This document shows positions 1 to 7,005 of a stretch of 64,000 nucleotides of DNA, piece after piece. How positions within the stretch are numbered: the first letter of the stretch is position 1; each line of letters begins with the position of its first letter. This stretch comes from a bacterium (GTDB lineage Bacteria > Hinthialibacterota > Hinthialibacteria > Hinthialibacterales > Hinthialibacteraceae): the NCBI GenBank assembly GCA_041946805.1, contig JBHGBC010000002.1, positions 101,674 through 165,673 on the forward strand, in the 5' to 3' direction. The translations under genes were made by a program, and so were the position numbers. The notes beneath the pieces were generated by a model. It was not told the DNA's origin and made no database searches. It saw only the letters and a list, made by a program, of their open reading frames with translations.

Positions 1-138
1 TTCCCCTCTCCCTTTGGGCCGATCTCAAGTTCATGAAAATCGATGCATATATATGGCGCATCCAGCAAGTGCGTACTTATTTTCCGATCGCCGGTTCGCA
101 TCTCTTCGAAGTGATCGATGAAAACCACCCCCCAAATT

Positions 139-171
139 CCCTCTCCCTCTGGGAGAGGGCTAGGGTGAGGG
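139..171 (-). repeat. REP-like palindrome, CCCTCACCC-CCCTCTCCC-GGGAGAGGG family
   Basis: Exact reverse complement of 16848-16880; about a dozen related copies in window. Confidence 0.85.
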
Positions 172-178
172 AATTTTT

Positions 179-206
179 GTAGGGGCGGACCTTGGTGTCC
201 GTCCCC
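179..206 (+). repeat. GTAG-type REP palindrome
   Basis: GTAGGGGCGGAC-CTTGGT-GTCCGTCCCC; near-identical copy at 53860-53886. Confidence 0.8.
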
Positions 207-337
207 ATCCAGAAGTGAATGGAATCGCTTTTACCTCATGATGTACGCACTTCTCGGATGAACCATATATATTGGATGAACCAGAAAAAAGAGGATCATT
301 AGACGGGTGGTCATTTTGATTTTCTTCTGGAATTGAG

Positions 338-365
338 TTGACAGTCCCGGAATGTAGACTATAAT
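338..365 (+). promoter_or_regulatory. sigma70 promoter for T-box/leuA transcript
   Basis: Perfect TTGACA (338-343), 16-nt spacer, perfect TATAAT (360-365), directly upstream of the T-box leader. Confidence 0.85.
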
Positions 366-385
366 CACACGAGATATAGGCCATC

Positions 386-645
386 AAAGACGGTGAAGAG
401 GAGTAGTAGGCGTTCCCACGGGATGGAGAGAGCCGGTGGTTGGTGCGAACCGGTTCCCGCGAATGCCGAACTCGCCTCGGAGTCGCCTCCGCGAAGCCCG
501 GAGATCCGGGTGGTAGTCGAGGCCGGGACGCGACCGTGACATCGCGGAAACGAGGGCGGCGCCAACGGCCGCCGAACCAGGGTGGTACCACGGGGAAACC
601 GAAAACGAACCTCGTCCCTGACACGGGACGGGGTTTTTTGTTTTT
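386..645 (+). ncRNA. T-box riboswitch, Leu specifier (CUC)
   Basis: Stem I with GA/K-turn motif, AGTA..GAA loop E, AGAGA bulge and GGTGCGA apical loop; specifier CTC at 471-473; stem II, IIA/B and III; T-box AACCAGGGTGGTACCACG (575-592) able to pair with CGTCCCTG (613-620); terminator 610-639; precedes leuA. Confidence 0.95.
610..645 (+). terminator. T-box intrinsic terminator
   Basis: CCTCGTCCC-TGACAC-GGGACGGGG followed by TTTTTTGTTTTT. Confidence 0.9.
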
Positions 646-713
646 ATTACCGTTTTTATCACCGGCGCGGCCGGAAGCCAAATCGTTCTTCGATCCGGAA
701 GGAGGTGGTGACC

Positions 714-869
714 GTGTTGGGTTTAGGCAGCGAAGAGAGCGACCTGAGCGACCTTAGCGACTTGGGTTGGAAGCCGAAAAGCCGAATGGGAACGCTAAGC
801 ACAATCAATCCGCCGGCGCGGGGCACGGATCACCGCCCGGCCAGAACGGAGAAACGCAATCATGACTGA
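714..869 (+). CDS. possible small leader ORF (51 aa, SDL x3 repeat)
   Basis: AGGAGG at 700-705, GTG at 714, stop overlaps leuA start by 8 nt; no recognised homology. Confidence 0.3.
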   Translation: MLGLGSEESDLSDLSDLGWKPKSRMGTLSTINPPARGTDHRPARTEKRNHD

Positions 870-2406
870 GAAAATCATAATCTTCGATACGACGCTGCGG
901 GACGGGGAGCAATCGCCCGGCTTCAGCATGAACATGAAGGAAAAAATCGAGTTCGCGCAGCAGCTGAAGCGGCTGAACGTGGACATCATCGAAGCCGGAT
1001 TCCCGATTTCGTCGCCCGGGGATTTCGACTCGGTGAAGGCCATTGCCCAACAGGTGGAAGGGCCGCAGATCTGCGGGCTGGCGCGGGCGCTGGAGAAGGA
1101 CATCGACCGCTGCTGGGAAGCGGTGCAGTACTCGAAACGGCCGCGCATCCACACCTTCATCGCCACCAGCCAGGTGCACATGGAGAAGAAACTCAAGAAA
1201 ACGCGGAAAGAGGTGCGCGACCTGGCGGTGCAGGCGGTCCAGCATGCCCGGAAATACACGGACAACGTGGAGTTTTCGACGGAAGACGCCGCGCGCACGG
1301 AGCGGGATTACATCTGCGAGGTGGTGGAGGCGGCGATCGACGCGGGAGCCACGACCATCAACATTCCCGACACGGTGGGGTATTCCAATCCGTGGGAATT
1401 CGGCGATCTCATCGCCTATATTTTCGAGAAGGTCCCCAACGTGCATCAGGCCATCATCAGCGTGCACTGCCACAACGATCTGGGGCTGGCGGTGGCCAAT
1501 TCGCTGGCGGCCATCCGCAACGGGGCGCGGCAGGTGGAATGCACCATCAACGGGATCGGCGAGCGGGCCGGCAACGCCTCGCTGGAAGAGACCGTGATGA
1601 ACATCAAGACCCGGCAGGATTTCTTCCCGTTCCACACGGACGTGAACACGGAGCAGATTTATCCCGCCAGCCGCATGCTGACGCGCTTCACGGGCATCGC
1701 GGTGCAGCCGAACAAGGCCATCGTGGGGGCGAACGCCTTCGCGCACGAGGCGGGCATCCACCAGGATGGGGTGCTCAAGGAGCGGACGACGTACGAGATC
1801 ATGCGGCCGTCGGCGGTGGGGTGGACGGGCAGTTCGATGGTGCTGGGCAAGCATTCGGGGCGGCACGCGTTCGTCGCGCGGCTCTCCGAGCTGGGCGTCA
1901 CCCTGGAGGGGCCGGCGCTGGAGAACGCCTTCAACGCCTTCAAGGAACTGGCCGACCGCAAGAAGACCGTTTTCGACGAGGACCTGATCGCCATCGTGGA
2001 CGAGCAGACGCGGAGCGTCGAGCAGGCGCGCTTTGTGCTGCAAGACCTGTTCATCAAGATCGGGCCGGACATGAAGCCGTCCGCGACGGTGCGCATCCAG
2101 GCCAACGGGGAAACGCTCGAAGGCAGCGGGACGGGCGACGGAGCGCTGGACGCGGCGTTTTCGATCATCAAGCAGCTGACCGGCATGCAGGAAGCGGTGC
2201 TGGTGGATTACAGCGTCGGAGCGGTCACCGTGGGAACGGACGCGCAAGGCTCGGCGCGGGTGGTGCTCAAGAAAAATAACCGGGAAGCGGTGGGCCGCGG
2301 GACGGACACGGACGTGATCCGGGCCAGCGTGAAGGCGTTCCTCAACGCGGTCAACCGCCTGTGCACGGCCGCCGAGCGGGAGAAGGAAGTTACGCCGTCG
2401 GTGTGA
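862..2406 (+). CDS. leuA: 2-isopropylmalate synthase
   Basis: [24 protein letters not shown] and HQDG motifs; C-terminal regulatory domain; 514 aa. Confidence 0.97.
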   Translation: MTEKIIIFDTTLRDGEQSPGFSMNMKEKIEFAQQLKRLNVDIIEAGFPISSPGDFDSVKAIAQQVEGPQICGLARALEKDIDRCWEAVQYSKRPRIHTFIATSQVHMEKKLKKTRKEVRDLAVQAVQHARKYTDNVEFSTEDAARTERDYICEVVEAAIDAGATTINIPDTVGYSNPWEFGDLIAYIFEKVPNVHQAIISVHCHNDLGLAVANSLAAIRNGARQVECTINGIGERAGNASLEETVMNIKTRQDFFPFHTDVNTEQIYPASRMLTRFTGIAVQPNKAIVGANAFAHEAGIHQDGVLKERTTYEIMRPSAVGWTGSSMVLGKHSGRHAFVARLSELGVTLEGPALENAFNAFKELADRKKTVFDEDLIAIVDEQTRSVEQARFVLQDLFIKIGPDMKPSATVRIQANGETLEGSGTGDGALDAAFSIIKQLTGMQEAVLVDYSVGAVTVGTDAQGSARVVLKKNNREAVGRGTDTDVIRASVKAFLNAVNRLCTAAEREKEVTPSV

Positions 2407-2436
2407 CGGCCTCCCATCCATCGGATTGCATCATTT

Positions 2437-2472
2437 CCCGGGGGTGTTCGAAAGGATGCCCCCGGGGGTTTG
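2437..2472 (+). terminator. GC-rich hairpin (GAAA loop) between leuA and convergent MT-A70 gene
   Basis: CCCGGGGGTGTTC-GAAA-GGATGCCCCCGGG, short T tract. Confidence 0.6.
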
Positions 2473-2488
2473 TAAATGAATTTACAGA

Positions 2489-3154
2489 TCATAAATCAGG
2501 TATTAAAAGGCCCTGGATGTGGGTTTTTAAAACAGGTTTTGTATGGTTCGAATAAGTTGGCCAGGTAGGTTGATAATCGTCCACTTCATTTCCCCACTGT
2601 GTCCAATGATTTCTTTTACCCCGTGCAAAGAGTTCAAGATATGGACCTGGACTACAAGATTCGATAATGGAATATAGTTCATCTGGTTTCCGGGAATGTT
2701 CTCGTTTTTGCGCACGAATGATATTTACTTGTTTGCGGCCAGGGGGAAGTGTACGAAGATGACCACGCACACCAAATAACACTAATTCAGTTGTATTTCT
2801 GAAATAAAAACCAACCCCACGGCCATCTGGTCCTCCATCTTTTCTTATCTTATGCCAAACCAGGTTTGTTTTATAAATATACCCCCAAGATTTCATAACT
2901 TCTAAACCTTCTAACAGTAATGCATTAGGTACCCAGAGGTATAAATGACTTTGATCGGCTGACACAGAACATATAGGAAGATTTTTTATTATATCGAGTT
3001 TCAATGTTTCATAGCGGGATAAACGCTTATGTTCAGGGGCCATTTTCCCCGTTCGATTAACAAATTGCCAAGGGGGATCCGCTAGTATTGTACCAAATTT
3101 CTGCCCATTTATTGTTTTTAATAAATCTTCTGAAATTTCATCTAATATTTTCAT
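2489..3154 (-). CDS. MT-A70 family (beta-class) N6-adenine methyltransferase
   Basis: ILADPPW catalytic motif, LYLWV, WG.Y, REHSRKP and LELFAR motifs; AT-rich. Confidence 0.92.
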   Translation of the reverse strand: MKILDEISEDLLKTINGQKFGTILADPPWQFVNRTGKMAPEHKRLSRYETLKLDIIKNLPICSVSADQSHLYLWVPNALLLEGLEVMKSWGYIYKTNLVWHKIRKDGGPDGRGVGFYFRNTTELVLFGVRGHLRTLPPGRKQVNIIRAQKREHSRKPDELYSIIESCSPGPYLELFARGKRNHWTQWGNEVDDYQPTWPTYSNHTKPVLKTHIQGLLIPDL

Positions 3155-3744
3155 TATTCATCCTCAATATATAACTTTCGGGTAATTCCGAATATCAAGA
3201 TAGGACATCCGCCACCGCCACCACCCTCTATTCTTGGTAATAATCTGCTCATATGAGTAGTTGAAGTTCCATATGATTTGCCTCTTCCAATCGAATCAAA
3301 TATTTCTTGAAGTTCATCACAACGAGTAATTATTATGCCAATACTGATTGCTCTTAGATCAAACAAGAGTCTAAAATTATTCAAATCACGGTCAAAAAAT
3401 GGATCCTTGTTATTCCATTCAATTTCTAGAGCTATGCGGTTTTTATAGCAATCAATTTTGTGTGTCGGAGTTTCCATCGCATGGTCATCAACCACAACTT
3501 TCGTTGAAAAATCTTTTTCTTGCCATCCTCGAGCATATAAAAAATGATCAATGAATTCCGATATTTTAGATTTTCGACCCCCACCGATGGTTATCCAACT
3601 CTTATAAAACCTGAATTTCATTAAAACTTCAATCAAATCATTCCACTCATTTTGGAAATCATTTTCTAGAATTGCCGAAGCATGTTTCCATTCATGAATC
3701 TCGTAATTTTCTTGAATATATGATGGAAATCTTTCTACAGTCAT
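3154..3744 (-). CDS. BglII/BstYI-family restriction-endonuclease-like protein
   Basis: HKID..K..IALEIEWNNKDPFFDRDL core; stop codon overlaps MTase start (TAATG); AT-rich. Confidence 0.85.
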   Translation of the reverse strand: MTVERFPSYIQENYEIHEWKHASAILENDFQNEWNDLIEVLMKFRFYKSWITIGGGRKSKISEFIDHFLYARGWQEKDFSTKVVVDDHAMETPTHKIDCYKNRIALEIEWNNKDPFFDRDLNNFRLLFDLRAISIGIIITRCDELQEIFDSIGRGKSYGTSTTHMSRLLPRIEGGGGGGCPILIFGITRKLYIEDE

Positions 3745-3849
3745 TCTCTACCCAAAATCTCGTGAAAATTTGTTCACTTTTTCATTATAACAAAAAAAAC
3801 CTATAATTAATACTCCCATAAAAAAATTCTCCAAAAAAATTATAACTAT

Positions 3850-6800
3850 CTACAAATCCACCACATACGTCGTGAACGGCGCGGCGCCGTCGGAGTTGTA
3901 GTGGTGCTCCTCGCGGCCGCCGGGATATTGCTGGCGGACCGGATTCAGGTACTTGCGGTTGGCGCGGACAAACAGGAAGCACACCGGGCCGCGGCGGAGA
4001 ATCTTGGTCTTGAGAAATTGCTCCGGCTCCAAGACGTCCTTGCCCTGGGCCTCGGGGGCCAGGAACTGGATGGTCCCGTATTGGAAAAACACGTGCGGCG
4101 GGCCGAAGAAATAGGTGTACGGCGTGGAACCCGCCTCATGCAGATAGCGGGCGATGCGGGTCCATTCATCGAGCAGTTGAGGCTTGGCCTGGATCTGATG
4201 GAAATAGCGGTGCATGCCCAGTACAAGGATCAATACCAAGGCCAGGGCCGTAAATCCGGCGCGGGCGCGCCCGGACCATTGGCAAATCCCTCCCAAGTGG
4301 TTCAACACCCCTTGCAGCACCGGCGCGGCGATCAGTATCAGGAGGGGAATCAGGCCCACCAGGCGCTGGTAGGCGGGGGCGTGATCGGTGAGGGCGCTGC
4401 CCGCGATCACCGTGACCACGCTCCAGTAGAGGAGCAGGCGGGCCGCCGGGTGGCGTAACATGGTGAAGAGCATCAGGAAGCCCACGGTAAACAACACGGC
4501 GGGGATGGGATCGAGCATCCCGCCGTGGCGGCTGTTGATCAGGTAAGGGCTATGGTCTTCGTGGGTGATGGGCGCCAGGAAGCTGCGCTCGAACTGATGC
4601 CGCACGATTTCGGCGAGGGAGAGGTCGGCGGGATAATCCCGTAGGATCAGCTCGCGGCCGCTCTTGGAAAAGAGGCTCACGCTCTGGGCGCGGGAGAAGG
4701 CCGATCCCGGCGCGGCGAGGAAGGTCCCCGCCAGGGGCGCGATTCCCACCCAGAAGGCCAGCAGGTACGCGAATACGCTGGTGATCAGCGAACGGAAGCG
4801 GAGGGCGCGGGTCAGCCACAATAAAATCAGCGAAGACAAAATCAGGGGGGTCAGCAGTTTGGTGGCCTGATAGGACAGTTCGCCCACGGCGGTGAGCAAT
4901 CCCGCGTAACAGAGATACCGGCTATCTTCTTGCAATCCGCGCGCCAGGCAATAGAGGACGGCCACGGTGAACAGGATGGTTTGATTGTACCCGATGCCAA
5001 CGCGGGAAAAATGCACCGTGTAGGACGAGACGGTGAACAGAAAGACTGCGAGCACCGCCGGCGCGGGCCGCAAAAACCGCCGGGCCAGAAGATAAAACAC
5101 GGGGATGGCGGCCAGGGAGATCAGCGCCCCCGTCAGGCGGACGCCGAACAGATTGCCGCCGAACAGCCACATGCCCCACGAGGGGATGAGATAAAACAAG
5201 TAGGGGATCTGGTACCAGCCCAGGTCGAAGAAGTTCCAGTTGCCGGCGTCACGGAGGCGCAGGGCTTGCAGGGCCACTTCGCCTTCATCCCCGTGCACGT
5301 CGGTGGGGATGGAAGTGGAGCCGATGGAATACAGGCAGGCGCCCAGCAGCACGATGAGCGCCACGGCCGTGTTGCCCCAATACTCCGCCACGCGGGAGGG
5401 CGCATCGGAAGCGGACGGCGCATCCGGGGCGTCCCGGTCCGGGGAGGGATCTTTCGGTAAAGATACCGGAAACGCGAATGTCAACGGCCCGATCCGCAGC
5501 AGGCCCGGCTCGAAATAACCTTTGCGTTCAGGACGGGGGAAATAACGGAACAGCAAGGCCAGTGAGAATCCCCAGGCAATCATGGGCCAATACCACGGCC
5601 AAGGGCCGCCCACGGCAAATCCCCGGACATGGAAATATTGGCAAAGCAGAGGGATCAAGGGGAATAGAATCAAGATCAAGGTTTGACGCTTCGTGAAGGG
5701 AAATGGAATGATCCCGGCGAGGGACTGCCACCGGCCGCGGGGAAGGTAGGCGTCCGCGGCGTGGCGCAGGGTGAAGAGCAACAACAGCGCGCAACCGAGC
5801 CAATAAGTCAATCCTGGGCGGTGGCTGGGCGAAGCCGCCGCCAGGGCGTGAGCATGGTAGGTAATGGCGAACGCCAGCGCGTAGGCTGTCACCAACGCGG
5901 CGCGGACCCTGGGACCTCCCGGAGTGAAGCGGGAACTCAGCCACCAGGCCAATCCCGCCGCCAGCAGTCCCACATAGGCATTGAAAAGCGGAAATCCAGA
6001 CGATGAGGCAGCCGGAGCCTGAACCGCTGGTTCACCGGGAGTCGCGGGCGGCGCGGCCGGCGGGGGAAACTTGGCCTGCACGAGGCACAAGAACAAGTTC
6101 GCTTCCTGAAAGAATTCCACGGCCTGGATGAAGTTGAGTTGTTTTCGGAATACTTTGAGAGAGCCCTCGGGAGTGAGTTCCTGGATTTGCTGCTGGTCGC
6201 CGTCGGCGATGAGGACCGAGCCGGTGGGCAGCGGCGTCAGCTTCACGGGGTGGTTGAATCCCCGGTATTCTTTCTCGATCTGGCCGGAGGGCCGGACATC
6301 CAGAAGGCGGTGGTTGTCGAAGTCGGAGATCAGGGTGTTGCCGTTGGGCAGGCGCAGGGCGTCCATGGGCTGCGTGAGGCCCTGCTCGTAACTCCAGGCC
6401 AATTGGCCGTCTCGGGTGACTTCGAGGATGGCGCCGGCCTGGGCGTCGCACACGAGGAGGTTGCCGTTGGACAGCAAATCCGCGTCGACGGGGCCCTGGA
6501 AAGGATACGGAACATTCTCCTGGAATCCGGTTTCCTGGTTATAAAAAAAAACCCGTTTGCCCGGGCGGGAGGTTAAGAGAAAAAGACCCGGCTCCAGATC
6601 CAGGACATCGACATCGTTCAGCGGCTCGAAGGAGGATTTGAACACCTGCACGCCGTCGCCGGAGTAGATGAGGAAATCCCCGGAAAGCGTGGTCACCGCG
6701 AAATGGGCCCGGGCCGGGATGACGGCTAGGTCGGTGGGGCTGTCAGGCACGGGATAAAGCCCCTGTGGCCCCCCCCGGGCATCCAGAACCACCACGCCGG

Positions 6801-6924
6801 ATTTTGTGGGAAAGCCATCCACCAGCGCCTCGGATTGCGCGCGGGAGATTGCGGGAAACACCAGCCCGAGCCCGGCCGCGGCCGCCACAATCAGCAGCCG
6901 GGACGCAGAGAATTTGTTCTCCAT
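3850..6924 (-). CDS. ArnT/PMT-like (GT-C) membrane glycosyltransferase with N-terminal beta-propeller
   Basis: Signal peptide, NHL-like repeats (P.DA..LPNGN.LI.D), Pro-rich linker, many TM helices, HGDEG loop motif. Confidence 0.75.
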   Translation of the reverse strand: MENKFSASRLLIVAAAAGLGLVFPAISRAQSEALVDGFPTKSGVVVLDARGGPQGLYPVPDSPTDLAVIPARAHFAVTTLSGDFLIYSGDGVQVFKSSFEPLNDVDVLDLEPGLFLLTSRPGKRVFFYNQETGFQENVPYPFQGPVDADLLSNGNLLVCDAQAGAILEVTRDGQLAWSYEQGLTQPMDALRLPNGNTLISDFDNHRLLDVRPSGQIEKEYRGFNHPVKLTPLPTGSVLIADGDQQQIQELTPEGSLKVFRKQLNFIQAVEFFQEANLFLCLVQAKFPPPAAPPATPGEPAVQAPAASSSGFPLFNAYVGLLAAGLAWWLSSRFTPGGPRVRAALVTAYALAFAITYHAHALAAASPSHRPGLTYWLGCALLLLFTLRHAADAYLPRGRWQSLAGIIPFPFTKRQTLILILFPLIPLLCQYFHVRGFAVGGPWPWYWPMIAWGFSLALLFRYFPRPERKGYFEPGLLRIGPLTFAFPVSLPKDPSPDRDAPDAPSASDAPSRVAEYWGNTAVALIVLLGACLYSIGSTSIPTDVHGDEGEVALQALRLRDAGNWNFFDLGWYQIPYLFYLIPSWGMWLFGGNLFGVRLTGALISLAAIPVFYLLARRFLRPAPAVLAVFLFTVSSYTVHFSRVGIGYNQTILFTVAVLYCLARGLQEDSRYLCYAGLLTAVGELSYQATKLLTPLILSSLILLWLTRALRFRSLITSVFAYLLAFWVGIAPLAGTFLAAPGSAFSRAQSVSLFSKSGRELILRDYPADLSLAEIVRHQFERSFLAPITHEDHSPYLINSRHGGMLDPIPAVLFTVGFLMLFTMLRHPAARLLLYWSVVTVIAGSALTDHAPAYQRLVGLIPLLILIAAPVLQGVLNHLGGICQWSGRARAGFTALALVLILVLGMHRYFHQIQAKPQLLDEWTRIARYLHEAGSTPYTYFFGPPHVFFQYGTIQFLAPEAQGKDVLEPEQFLKTKILRRGPVCFLFVRANRKYLNPVRQQYPGGREEHHYNSDGAAPFTTYVVDL

Positions 6925-7005
6925 GGAGGTTCATCCTCATTCAAAGGGTACCCACCCCGAATCAGGATGGGTACCCCGGTATGACAAGCGAAAGAATCCC
7001 GCCGA

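Larger units (their letters stand above)
55..264. mobile_element. MITE (non-autonomous IS-derived element), copy 1, with perfect 8-bp target-site duplication
   Basis: Imperfect terminal inverted repeats GGCGCATCCAGCAAGTGCGTAC (55-76) and GTACGCACTTCTCGGATGAACC (243-264); flanked on both sides by ATATATAT (47-54, 265-272); interior homologous (reverse orientation) to 50735-50983. Confidence 0.85.

Noticed and set aside
160..757. Several short ORFs over the leuA leader
   Set aside because: Overlap the MITE, promoter and T-box RNA; no coding signal
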